Assembly (NCBI RefSeq): GCF_009834535.1
Contig: NC_045697.1
Location: 40,426,001-40,490,000 of the forward strand
Source of the DNA: Camelus ferus
Taxonomy: Eukaryota
Direction: 5' to 3'
DNA length: 64,000 nucleotides
Shown here: in pieces, positions 14,780 through 27,777 of the stretch
Numbering within the stretch: the first letter of the stretch is position 1
Layout of the letters: every line of letters starts with the position of its first letter
Notes under the pieces: generated by a model
What the model saw: only the letters and a program-made list of their open reading frames with translations
Told to the model about the DNA's origin: nothing
Database searches by the model: none
Translations under genes and position numbers: made by a program

Positions 14780-14819
<40 letters not shown>
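14780..14819. repeat. (CA)n microsatellite
   Basis: About 19-20 CA units. Confidence 0.95.
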
Positions 14820-14820
<1 letters not shown>

Positions 14821-14879
14821 ACTTCCATTATTCAGGATTATGCCAAAAAGGAGAAAAGAAGCCTGAATGAGTCAAGGGA

Positions 14880-15120
14880 AATAGTGTGCTGTGGTGGTAA
14901 GGAAATGGTCTCTGGTGTTACATAACCTGAAATGCAATACTCAAAGTCATTATTCTTTGGTTAATGGGTAAAAGGAAAGTAAATTCCTTTCCCCTTTGAA
15001 TCTCAATTTCTTAATCTGCAATAAAGAAACTAACAGTAGCTCGCTGATTCATTGTGATGATTAAATTAAAATTGTAATGACGTAAAGCACCCAGAATATG
15101 GCATGATTAATGTTACTTCC
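14880..15120 (+). mobile_element. MIR SINE
   Basis: tctcaatttcttaatctgcaataaag...attgtgatgattaaattaaaattgtaatgacgtaaagcacccagaa. Confidence 0.55.
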
Positions 15121-16649
15121 TTAGTTGCAGAAGTAAAGGAGAGGATCGTTTGTCCAGGAATTGAAACACTGGAAGCATCCAAACTATGGAATTTTTGTCA
15201 AAGCATTTGCTTTCTGAGTATTCATTTAAAAAAAAAAAATCACAGCAGTCTAATAACTGAAGAACGAGTTGCTATGGTGCATCTTGCATGGAAACAGTGA
15301 ATTTCCACCAGACTGCAAAGGGCCATCCAGTGTCACAAGCCACACTGTCCTCACAGCATGGTGGAAGTCACAGTGGTGGGTTCACTGGTATCTTGGTGAT
15401 CTGGCTGGTACAGCACGATTTGTGAGGGAGTTTGTAAAGAGCATGGCCATATTCTATACGCCTTACCAAGTCATTTTATGATCATTCTTCCTGGAGGTAA
15501 AATATCGAAACCCTGGGAATAATTAATTAAGAAGAGTTTGGGTCCTTGACACTCCAGATAAACAAATTTCTCCCTGATGTGCTTTGCAACTACTGGCTGC
15601 TGATAAAATCTATACTCACCTGGAAGTGTATAAGGGATAATTCTTCCCCTTAAAGAACCATGAATGCCCAGTGAGATAATTGTATTTTTATTTAATTTAG
15701 TTGAGCCCTGCCTTGTTACTATAAAAGGATTTGCAACAGCTTAGAAAAATACACAAATGGGAAAAATCTAAATAGATGAGCAAATCTGAGTGAAGGGGAA
15801 ATAAGGATAGGAAAATAAAATAAAGTCAATGGAAAGGTTAGTACATGAAAAAAAATCCAAGTCATAAATTGTCATGTACTTATTCAAGCTGGACCACAAG
15901 TACGTCTCTAAACTTTCTGGTAGCTGAAATGGAGGAGAAACATTATTGTTTACAGGATTCACATAGTGGAAATCAGTTTAAAATAAATCATTTCCTATGA
16001 ATAAATACTTAGAACACTTTCTCTATGGACCAACATAAGGGGGAGCATAGGAGATTATGGCCTTCACAACATTATCTCAATAAATATAAGTGTCATTTCA
16101 GATAACTATTTCATGTACTTTCTTAAGCATTCAGTAAAAGTTATTTTGTGAAGGTCAAACAGTTCATAGGATAGTAACGTTTTTACTTAGGAGGACAGTA
16201 AAAGTAGAACACTTAGAAAAAAATCATGAGTTACTTATCCATTGTTAAGGATTAACAGAGAATTCAAGTTGAAATGCTTATGATCTAATCTAATAACTTG
16301 AAGGGTAGGTATGTGATGCTGCTGAACTAAAGACAGATCCGTATGCTCTGATCATCAGTTAAATGGCAGAAGACAGGTTGAACCCAACCAAGAAAGTTAG
16401 AAGCCTAAATGAGACACGTGGCTGACCATACTACCTTTATAAGAGGTAAACTGGGGATTTACAAGGAAAAACAATGATTTAACATAAGAAATTTTGTAAT
16501 TAAATAATTGCTATAAATATTCTGTTGCTCTTTTCCATTTATTTCCAATTTATACTCTTTAGGGAGTTTTTTTTGAGTAGAAGCTGAACTGGCCCAATAG
16601 TTTCCAAAGTATGCAGTGTTTCCTTTTTTCTTTCTTTATTCTGACATTA

Positions 16650-19190
16650 ACTGATCTCCTATTATAGGTCAAGCATTGTGTTGGGTAGTGGGGACACAGT
16701 GATGAGGAAGATGTTATTATTGCACTAAAAGCCTGGAAGGATGGACATAGATGTAAACAGCACTTTGCTTTCCTTGAAGAAGAAATTCAGGGAATACTGC
16801 ACAGAGAAGAGATGACTAAGATGAAATTTGACAGATGAGTGAGAACTGTGGAGAGGTGGAGGAAGTGTGTCTCAAGTATGGAAAATAGCCCATGGAAAAG
16901 CACTGTAAGAAACAGGGCTTCTAACACAGAGTGGAGCTGATGGAAAGGCACAAAAGTGAGACATGCACCACAAATGTGGGCAACAGCAGGCAATTTAGCA
17001 AAGAGGATGTGCAAGGACAGGAAAGGAAACAAGAGGGACTGGAAGGCAGGGGCATTGTAGGCTATGCAAACTGAGTCATTCAAAGATGCTGTGTAAGAAA
17101 ACCACACCATAAGACTGGGCTTTTAGTAGGACATCTCTGGTGGCAGCTGGGAGGCGAGCGCATAAGGAAGAGTTTGACCACTGCATAGTTTGAACACCAT
17201 TGCAATGGGGGTGTGAAATATCATATCACATTTAGAATATAAAACTGGTGTGACTGTGTGATCAATAAGGTTTGACAGAGAGTGGTAAAGAAAAAATGTA
17301 ACTGAGAATAATCTCCAGGTTTCCAGCTTGAGCAACTGTGTGGATGATGATATTATTCAGAAAGATAAAAGACAATAGAGAAAAGCAGGTTTCAGTTATG
17401 ATTTCAGATTAGGTTTATTTAGGGTTAAAACTTATGGAAATCCAAGAAATATGTAGGGTCTTGTAGGACACTGGAGAAACAGCAAGGCTGAAGAGAATTG
17501 ATGGCAGTTGAAACACAGATGTATGGATAAGGTTGTGAAGGAAGAGTATATAGAATCAAGGACAACATGGGGGCACACCTGTATTTAAGAGGAATAAAAG
17601 CTCACAAAAGAAGCCACTAAAAGTTGGTCAGGCAGGAAGAGAGCTAGTTACCAAAGAGAAGGAAATATCATAAAAGAAGGAGAGGTTTGTAGCTTTAAGT
17701 GCTAGGTATAAAAATTAAAAATAAAATGAGCCAATTGGCTTTGGAAATTAGATTTTTGGTGACCATGTTTAATAGCGTGCATTCAAAACACATTTAATGT
17801 ACCTACTCTGAGACACTCTCATAGGAGCTAGAAGCACAGCAATGAAGAAAACGGACAAAATCCCTTTCATCATGAAGCTAACACTCTCAACAATAAACAA
17901 GACAGGTGGTAACTGAGTAAAACGTAAATTGGATATAACGCAGAAGATAAAAGTGTTATGGAAAAAATAAAATAGGGTAAGAAAGTAGGGATGGCGACAG
18001 GAGGGCACAGAGAAGGATGGCCTGGGTAAACATCCTTGGGGAGGTGACATTTAAGCAGACACCTGAAAAAATGAGGAGGTGAGCCAAGAGGATGTCTGGG
18101 GAAGAGCATTTCAGACAGAGGACTAGCTCAGGGAAATGCTCCAAATATGCCCAACAAGCTTAAGAAGTAATGAGGCCAGCATGGCTGGAGTCGCATGAGC
18201 GAGGAGAAAGCAATAGAGGATGAGGTCAGAGAGTCTGGGTCCTCTAAGACGTTGTGGGTGACTGTGAGGACTTTCACTTCATGCAAAATGGTGAGCCACT
18301 GGAGGCGTTTGAGAAGAGGAATAGCATGAGCTGATTCTTGACTAAAGGTTTCCTCTGGCTGCTGGGAGGAGACTAGACATGTGGGGAGGAGGCACAGGAC
18401 CAAGGGCGGAAGGAAGGACGTCAGGTAGGAAGTTATTACAACCGTCCAGGTAAAAGGTGTTGGTGATCAGATCAGGTGGCAAAATTTGGCAAGGAGCAAG
18501 TGACTTCTAGATATTTTCTCAAGATAATGCTAGCAGGATTTTCTGACGGCTCAGAAGAGGGTTGGGGAGAAAGAGGAGCCAACATCTTTGGCCTGAGGAA
18601 CTGGAGAAATGGAGATGCCGCCGGTTGATTTGGGGAGAATGTAAGTAGAACAATTTTGGGAGGGGCAGAAATCAGGCAGTTTAGGACATGTGACGTTTGA
18701 GATGCTGTTATATATCCTAGCAGAGATGGTGATTAGGGAGTCGGGTATACAAATACAGATCCGAGGAGAGATCTGGACTACGGGTATAAATGCAAAGGCT
18801 GTGGTCACACCCATGGTGTTTAGAGCCATAAGACAGGCTGAGCTCATCAAGGGAGGGAGTGTGGAAGTGAAAGAGAAGAGGACTAAGGACTGAGCCCTGG
18901 GATCTCCAATGTCAGGGATAGGGGTGAAGAAGAACCAGCAGAAGCACTTAGAGAAAGTGATCAGTGAGGTAGAGGAAACGCCAAATGAGTGTGGTATCCT
19001 TAAAATCAAGTGAAGAAGATGTAGCAAGAGGGAGCTGGCAATCAACCTTGTCAAATGCTGCCATTAAGTTCAGCAGGCTGAGGAATGAGAACTGATCGTT
19101 GGATTTAATAATGCCATCGATGACTTTGACAAGAGCTTTCAGTGTGAGAATCAGCACCCTGTTTAGGGTGAGTTTAAAAGAGAATGTTGA
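16650..19190 (-). mobile_element. L2 LINE remnants (two adjacent fragments; 17778..19190 is the better preserved)
   Basis: Minus-strand ORF 18948..19250 contains ALVKV..D...LLNLMAAFDKVD, similar to the L2/CR1 RT motif LLDLSAAFDTVDH. The reverse-complement L2 3' end begins at ~17778. Confidence 0.8.
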
Positions 19191-19979
19191 AATAGGAGGT
19201 TTTTGCAAAAAGAAGCAATGATTTTTTTCCCCCAGAGTACATGGGAACAAGAGAGGTAATTTTGTTGTTGTTAAAGACGGAAGATGGGCATAGATTGGAT
19301 TGCAGTGGGTTTAAGACTGAATGAAGTTGAAAAAAATAAAGACAAAGAAAATAGTGATTGTTTCAGAAAGCTTGTCAGTGAATGGGGTACTAGCCAAAGG
19401 GTTGCCCAGGACAGAGGAAAAATTAGCTTCCTGTCTACTTAAGATGTTTTAAATTTTTAAACATGTCTTATGCTCATAGGAAAAAGCCAAAGAAGAGAGG
19501 AACTGGAAAAAGTATTGAAAAGTAGCTCCTGAGATGGTACAAGGGGATAGAGCACAGATGGATGGCTGAGCCTGGGACAAACTATGTGCAGCCCTAGAGT
19601 TGGATGGAGGAGAGTAAGGATAAAGATGGGGCAGGTGGAGATGCTTGTGGAAGTGGGGATTGAATGATGAGGGAGATTTTGCTGGCTGGTTTTTATTTTC
19701 TTTGCAGAATAGAAGGAAAAGTCATCTAGAAGTAGAGAGAGGGAGGGCAGAGACACAGAAGGGAAAGAGATACAGAAGGCAGAAAATTCATCATGTTTGT
19801 TACGTGCTCTCTCCTGCCTGCTGAATACAGCTTGCTTTTCTCTACTGAAGTGCACGAACACATACACATATGCACACAAAAATACAAATAGGCAAATTTT
19901 CTATAAATACAACTTCTCAAATATCCCATTAGAATTGTCACCTCCTTTACTCTTAGTCATTATATAGCAGATGTAAGGC

Positions 19980-20521
19980 ATCGGGCAGAATTCTAAGATG
20001 GCCCCAATGAACCCCACCTTCTGATAGTCATGGCCTTGTGTAATCCTCTCCCTTTGACTGTGAACCGGATCAAGAGGCCTGCTTGCAACCAACAGAATAC
20101 AGCAAAAGTGACAGGAATGTCACTTCTGGGATTAGGTTGTAAGAGATGTGACTTCCGTCTTGCTCATTCTCTCCTGCTTACTGTCTCTGATGGAAACCAA
20201 CTGCCAGGTTATGAGCTACCCCATGGAGACGTCTGCATTGCAAGGACCTGAGGGGACGTCTGGCTGACATCCAGCGAGGAGCTGAGGCCTTCAGGCAACA
20301 ACCTGTGGGGGATTAAATCCTGGTAACACCCACACGAGTTTGAAGCAGACCCTCCCCTACTTGAGACTTGAGATGACTGTGGCAGGCCTTTATTCCAGCC
20401 TCTGAGAGTCCTCAAAGTCCCAGCCAAGCCAAGCCAAGGTTCTTAAACCACAGAAACTGTTAGTTTGTTATAAATCACTACATTGTGGGTGATATGTTAT
20501 TCAGCAATAGATAACTAACAC
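19980..20521 (+). mobile_element. MaLR solo LTR (MLT1F/G-like)
   Basis: ggcagaattctaagatggccccaatga...tgtaatcctctccctttga...accacagaaactgt...ttattcagcaatagataactaacac. Confidence 0.8.
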
Positions 20522-23500
20522 ACCCAGAAATTTTAAATTTCTGCTTCTAAAATCTACAGGCCCCTTCAAATAATTAAAAATTACCCCTGTCCCCAAGTAT
20601 GTACTGTGGCAGTAAAACAATAAATACACTGTATACTGGGCAAGGTTGGGGCAGAACTTGGAAGAGAGATCTCAAGGAAAAGTGGGGGAAAAGATCAAGG
20701 TGTAAGTCAAGAATCTCAACTCTGTGGGAGCCGACACAGGATATAAGATAACTCAGAGGAGCAAAAGAGTGAAGGAGAAAAATAGAAGGTTTTGAACAAA
20801 AGGCAGGTAGGCATATGGGACCCAATCCTCCCCAACTTGCTAGGGACTTGATGCTTATTGAAGGAAGGGCTGAATGCGTAAACCTTGCCAGACATCAGAC
20901 AGGATTTTGCAAGGCGCACACTGTTCAATTTTAGACTGTGAAATGGGAAATTAGGATACAGAGGCAAGTCAGTTGCTCAAGATAGCTCTATGCCTTTCTA
21001 GTGGCTACAGCATTGAATTAAGTTCCTGAAAATTGACTGCCTTTGCTCTGCTAACCCACAAGATCTTTTAGTGCGACAGTGACAATATCAATTTTTTGAA
21101 CTTTGGGAGATATATGGAGCATATGTACACATTCTGGTTAGTTATGACCCTTTTCTAACTCTTACTGGTTTTCTAGTATCAGTGCTTTAGGTAATGTTTC
21201 TTAAACGAATTAAAGTAAATACAGAGGTTCAGAGAAGTGACAAGTGCAGTGAGGCCAAACTGGGCTTGGATCAAGAACTCAATTTGGTCTAGCCCGCTGT
21301 CTGTATTTATGCAAGGAAAAGGTAGAATATTTGGACTGAATCCTGACTTCATCATGTTTTCAATATTTAAAGGGATGCTATTAGTATCTCCTCTGAGTGT
21401 TAACTATCTTTATGATTCAGGTTATGGTTTGCAGCATTAGGCATAGGAAAAACTGCCTGTCAGAAATAGAACTCATCCTCCTGGGAAGAAAATTGCCTCT
21501 TAGGTTCTTTTGAAGGTTATGAGATTCACGATGTGCTTCTGCCTGGGGAAGGAAGCCAGTTAAGATCTGGTGCTAAGAAAATGAAGTTTTGAAATTTAAA
21601 GCAATTTATTGAGTTATTAGTCTGAGAATATAAAAACTAAGTTAAAATCTTTCCTGACCTATATTCCAGTCGGCCTCAAAGATCCTAGTGGACTTTCCAA
21701 GTCAGTTCAAAATGATCTACATCCTCAAGTTAATCAATCACACTCAGCATCTTCCTCTGTATCTCCAGCTCCTCTATTTTCTTGTTTTGATTTGTTGTGC
21801 TTAGTTTTTTGATGCTTTTTTTCATCTTCTATCTAGTTATTCTCCATGTTCTGCAAGTTATTTTCCCCCAAATTGTCCTTATCTATTGTCCTCTTTCCAC
21901 TATTCCCCCAGCATCACCGTGGCATCCTGCACCGTTATCTATGCCTGGGCCTCACTATGTAGCACAAGATGCATTATTAGGTCGGTGTGGCCCCACCCAC
22001 CACCCTTTGAGAAACTTACCTGCTTCTCCTGCCTATTCAGATTAGGCACATCCATTTTGACAATCAGATCAGATTCCACTGGGCACAGGTGATTGGTCCA
22101 AACTAGGACAATTAAATCTTTCCCTAGGAATGACAAAAAAAAAATTCAATTTCTGTGGTGGCAGAAAACGTAGGGTCAGGCCAGGCTTCTCCCACGTGCA
22201 CTAAAGACATAAAGAAAAGAGCGTGGCCGTCTTCAAAGAGGGAGAGAGAATTAGATACACAGGCAGGAGCAGAGGCAAAAGACAGACACAGAGGTCTGGT
22301 TGCGGCCACCTTCCTGGTTTATATTGTTCCTTAGGCCGGCTGCATTCTAATTCTTTGGTTTTCTTATAGTGAATTTCTGTTTTAGTCTCATCAGTAATGT
22401 GAATGGTCCTAGCTGCAACACTGTGAGAGTCTAATTGTTCTCCCTGCTTCCTGTCTCCCCCTATTCTTATCCACCATGCATGCCACTGACAGCTATATTG
22501 GAATTGGTACATGAAAGCTGTTAATTTTCAGATTAAGAAATTAAGATTTTTCTCAATAGTCAAAGGGAACCTATGTGCAGTTGCAGGGGAGAGATGACAT
22601 GAGGGAAAAGTTAAATTTTCCAAAGCTAACTGTAGTGTAAAAATAGTTTTAAAAGTTATTAGTGCTGACCAAGGGCTTGCATCTCTCTGATGCAAGAGCT
22701 GCCCTCGTTTCTGTCCAAGGTTAACCCATCCACCTGTGCTCTGAATTCCAGACTCTCAAGCCTCTCCAGGACCACAACAGCAAACAACACTGCCACCTGC
22801 TGGAAGTTAGAGAAGTTACAGAGCTGGATTTTCCAAAGAGTTCAAGTACTCTTGAACTTCAGGATTTGACGCTTTCTTAAAGAATCTTGTTTTTAAAAAG
22901 AGAAATAGAAATAATCTCAACTGTATTTAATGATAATTCTTACTTTTTAGGCCATAATGCTATTAAATTATGACTCAGATTGGAACTTTGGAAAAGCTGC
23001 AATTTAGGAATTGCTGTTTTCTATGGGTAATTTACATTTTTAATCTAGTTGGTGCCATTAAATTACCAACATTAATCAAACAGTTATAGCCTAGTTATAT
23101 GTGTATTGCAATAGAAGGACGTTAGAAAGGACATGTGAGTCTCCATTCAGACTAGATGGAAGAAGACATATAGTTAAATTAGAAGGCATCTTGCCAGAGG
23201 AAAAATTTTTTCATTGCTGTTCTTCGTAATGGATGGTCTTCTGTCAAGTGAGTTTCGAGTGGATAGTCAATCTGAGGTTGATAAGTAGCAAATGATATTT
23301 GCATAAAGTTGTTCATTATTTCATTTCAAACAGTAAAAGGAAAAAAGAAGAAAAAGATTATAAATCAAAAACTGTAAAACATAAAAAATATGTTAAGTGA
23401 GAAAATTAAAAATCACTATAATTGCAACTAAGGAAAAATATGCATGCTTCCAGAGTGGTGGCCAGGAGGTCAAGCTACATATCCACTGATGGAACTCTTC

Positions 23501-25059
23501 ACGGTAAATCATGTTGAGCATGGTAAACATTGCATCTTCTCTATGGTTCCCCGGCTCTGTATCAGATTCTGAACCAAATGAACCTAATTTTGGCCAAGGT
23601 CCAAAGCATCCTGTCTCACTCTTTTGTGTAGGACCTTCCCTTGACCTCTACCTTATGTGGACCAGATTTCAATTTGCCATTATCCCTCAGACTTGCTATG
23701 TCCCCTTTACTCCTCTCCTTAATATTTGAAAAATCAAGAAGGTACAGTCTACTCTCAGAAAAAAAATATTAACATTACCCCTTCAAGTACACACACAATT
23801 TCAAAAGACAGTGAAAACGGTTCTTTACTTTGCCTCGCAAGAAATTTGTCGACCTGTATGGTGTCCAGTTCCCATGGGCATAAGCGGGTCCCTTCTGTCT
23901 GGTCTTTATTCTCTGTTTTCCTCTTTCTCCTCTCCTTTTATCCCCTCCATTATTTCAGTCTTTTCTCATCCCTTAGGGTCATTTGTCTCCTTCAAGTTTC
24001 CCCCTTAGTGGAGCTGGAACAGAGAAAGGTGGAGAGAGTAATTCATACTCTTTAAGTCCTGAACAGGACAAGATAAAGGACAGTGTACTCTGAGGTCCAT
24101 CCTCAGAGTGGAACGTCTAAAGGACAAACAAAACTTTCTTTTACTAATATTGTCACCATTTAAAAACATAGCAGTGTTTGTCCTTTCTCTACCTATGCAA
24201 ACTCGTTATTTATTTCTGTAACTTGATACTGACTGTAGGGAGGTGGGGAGATGGGGGTAGGAAAGCACCCACCCCAGGAAGGAGACGAGACAGCTTTGAA
24301 GTTCCGTTTAGGTGGGGGTGGATGTGGGCCCCAAAACAATGTCCCAGGCAAACTTTCTGCACCCTCCCTTCTGCTAGTTCCCTTTTTCCCCACGGGGGGC
24401 TTCCAGACAATCTGCTGGACGTACAATTCATAAAGAATGGATTGTGTTACATCAAAGGATGCTAACGGTCTCTTTCTTGTCAGTTACACAATAAGGTCTC
24501 TAACCAAACACTACATTTATATTTAGTTGCTTAAAATAATAGTCCTGATCTGTGCCAAAAAGGGAAGGCCAGGCTGTTTTGTGTGCCTGACCATGAGACC
24601 TGCAGTCTGTAGATGTTTCTCCTGCTATAATCTCTTCCATCTGTTGTTTTGTGGTACAAGGACAGGGGGAAACCATTCACAAGCTGAAGAAAGATGTATT
24701 TTGACAATTCAGATGCAGATAGAAAGCCAATGAGAGTAAAACTCAGAGATACTATATTCTGACTGAACTTGGGGTGGGCAGTTTACCCGAAAGCAAAAAT
24801 ATCCTTACAGTTTTTCTGATGACTGGTTATGCCTTAACTAGTCACTGTGCAGGAGTTGATGAGAACTAAATGCTCCAGTCAGTCAAATGTTGGGCCTACT
24901 TATGTGCTGGCAGAGGAAGTAGACAAGCCTGTGTCACTGACATAAGAATTAAGCTCATCTTACTAAATGGGGTTGGAATTTAGTGTTTTTTATTTTCCAA
25001 AATTAGACCTATGCTGGGACCCAAGAAAGGCCAAAAGTTTGCAGAATTAACTATTACAT

Positions 25060-25240
25060 TACAGCAGGAGTTCTCAATGCTGCTAACATTTTGGAACCAC
25101 CTAGAACTTTTTAAAACTACCAGTGTGAAGCTCAATCCCAGATCAACTAAATCAGTTCCTCTGGGGTGGGGCCTGAGCAAAGACCTTTTTAAAAATCTCC
25201 TCAGATGATGTGGACCAGGGCTGAGAACCAGTGCTGTTAG
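25060..25240. mobile_element. hAT-Charlie MITE (MER5A-like); similar copies at ~29080-29220, ~37090-37275 and ~38940-39090
   Basis: cagcaggagttctcaa...ccccagatcaactaaatcag..tctggggtggggcctgagc...ctgagaaccagtg, with degenerate terminal inverted repeats. Confidence 0.65.
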
Positions 25241-25689
25241 ACAGTTTACAATGGAACAGAAGCAAGTTTAAAGCCTTAATTCATTTTCATTACATTCATG
25301 CATAACATCCAGATTTACAAATTGTGCTTGAACACTCAATGTCGCACCTTAAAATTCTGACTAATAATTTTAGTCCTTGATGTAGAAATTTACCAAGTGG
25401 TACCTAGCAGTTTCATGAAACATTGGCATGACTTCCATTTATTCCTAAAGAATAGTTTATATGCTGGGGCATTCTCTTCATTACCTATATTTGCAAAGGC
25501 TAAATATTCCATTCATTTTAGCAGTAAATTCACAGTCTGAAAATTAATTTTACCTTATACTAAAGCCTACTGTAAATGCATAAAATATTCTGAGAGCACA
25601 GTTGGAGAACACATGTTTTCAATTATTAAATCAAGGAATGATAACTCAGTATTTCTAAATTATATTTATATAGTCTCTGAAAACATACA

Positions 25690-26070
25690 TGTGTTAGGGA
25701 GGATATAGATTAAGCTGCTGTAATAAGGAGATCCCCAAATACAGTAGATTAAACAAGATGGAAGTTTATTTCTCTCTCATGAAACAACCAAGAAGAGGAT
25801 ACTTTTTGGTACAAGGAGGCTATTTTAATAGTTGCCAATTCCTAACCAATGGGAAGAGAGGAGAGGGAAGGAAAGAGGCCAAGCACATCAGTTCTGCTCA
25901 CATTCCATTGGCCAGAACTTCGCCACACGTGCATGCCAGGCTGCAAGGGAGACTGGGAAATGGAGTCTCCATCCGGGCAGCCATATGCTCAGCTGAAAGC
26001 TGAAAATGTCTATTAATAATACAAAGGAGAGGGGAATGGCTACTGGGGACAATTCTCAATCTCTACAACA
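25690..26070 (-). mobile_element. MaLR LTR (MLT1-type), reverse orientation
   Basis: tgtgttaggg...taagctgctgtaa...ttaaacaagatggaagtttatttctctctcat...ttctgctcacattccattggccagaact...ctgcaagggagactgggaaatg. Confidence 0.7.
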
Positions 26071-27546
26071 TCTACATACAACCCAGATTCTAAGTATACG
26101 TGGTTTAAAATTTTATTTTGAGAATATTTATTTTAATTATGTGTTCTATGTTAACATTTAAGAAGTTTACATTTTGTATTCATTTGCTTGAAAAGATATT
26201 TTATGATATGCTATCTTCCTTTATGCATAGCTCTAGCTATGATATGCAGTGATGAAGACCAAGTGATTGATGTGTATTATATGAATCATGCTATACTCCC
26301 AGCTCTACAGCTCAGCACTGACTTGGCTTTTCCCAGAATGCAGTAGTTCCTCAGAACAGAGTCCAGCAAGATCTTATGATTGTCAGTGTTATTCCCTTAT
26401 TTAATTGAATAGATTCCAGCAGCTTAGTCATGGACTCCTTTGAGAATCTGATGAAAATCATTCCTCTACCCAAAATATATCAATAATTTAGCAAATAATT
26501 TTAGGGGGGTTAGAGACACCTTCCCCCATGAAGCCCAGTTTTTGTGTCTCGATATGCCCATGTCTTCCACAGAAGCCTGGGAAAGGGTAGATAAAATCAC
26601 TAATCCCTCTCTCTGGGACCCACCAGTGGAATCCCTGGAGCTCTGGCCCAAGGTGGACACTTACCACAGGACCTGGAGCATAGTGATGCTCAATAATGTT
26701 AGTTCCCTTGTATGTCAAGGCTCCTCTGCTCCCTGTAGGAATTCCTTGGTGGTCCTTGCACTGCTCCTTGGTTTTAGGGTTACTCCTCCCGTCTTCACCA
26801 ACATGGATCACAGCCAGACCCATGGAGGCTGACTTGGTCATTCCCTTGACATTGCCACGCCTCCTTTTGGCACGGTCATGGACCGTCAATGAGATATTTT
26901 TCAATCTTTTTGCTCACCCAGCATCTGAACCTCCTTCTTACATATGAAACATATGTTACCTCTTTATATTTTTGAGTGAGAGACGAAATTCACCTTTCAG
27001 AAACTGAAAATGAGAGATGCTTGCTTTCTAGGGCCCCCTGTAACTAGTACCCAGGCACTTAGTATAGGTTCCGACAGCTTTATGCATCCACCATGAACTT
27101 TGAATTGAGAACCCATGATACAATGAAGCAGGGCCCATGAAGAATGGTTGCCGGCAGCAGGGACAGCTGGGGTCAGCAGTACCAGTGTTATTGCAGTACC
27201 AATGTTACTGGCAGCATCTAGAGTCATTACCAGTGGGATGAGCAGTACAAGCCACAGCACCTAGTGCTTTGTGGTAGAATCAGTGGCTTCCAGGCTGAAT
27301 GAGTTCTGCTGCATATTAAGCCATGTTTACTAATGACTTCAGTATAAGCTTCCTTTTCGGACATCAGTATTGCTAGCTTCTTCAGTGTCACTGTGGTATT
27401 TCTTTTTACAAAATCTTCAATAGTAATCTTCACTGTGATATATATCTCATGGGAAATTTTGTGGGAAGTAAGAATGAATTTCTCCGCTAAAAGGGGTCCT
27501 TTCAAAATAACAGGTCTAGGAAAACAAGCCATTAGAAAATGACTGA

Positions 27547-27777
27547 TTACCAGAGGAGAAAGAAAGGGGGAGGGATAAATTGGGAGTTCAGGATTTGCAG
27601 ATACTAACTACTATATATAAAATAGATAAATAACAAGGTCTTACTGTACAGCACAGGGGACTGTATTCAATATTTTATAATAACCTACAATGGAAAAGAA
27701 TATACATGTATAACTGAATGACCGTGCTCTACACCAGAAACTGACACAACATTGTAAATCGACTATACTTTAAAAAA
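27547..27777 (+). mobile_element. 5'-truncated artiodactyl-type L1 3' UTR, with 13-bp TSD agaaaatgactga (27534..27546 and 27844..27856)
   Basis: gggataaattgggagtt...ctactatatataaaatagataaataacaagg...actgtacagcacaggg...acaccagaaactgacacaacattgtaaatcgactatactt followed by an A run. Confidence 0.9.
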
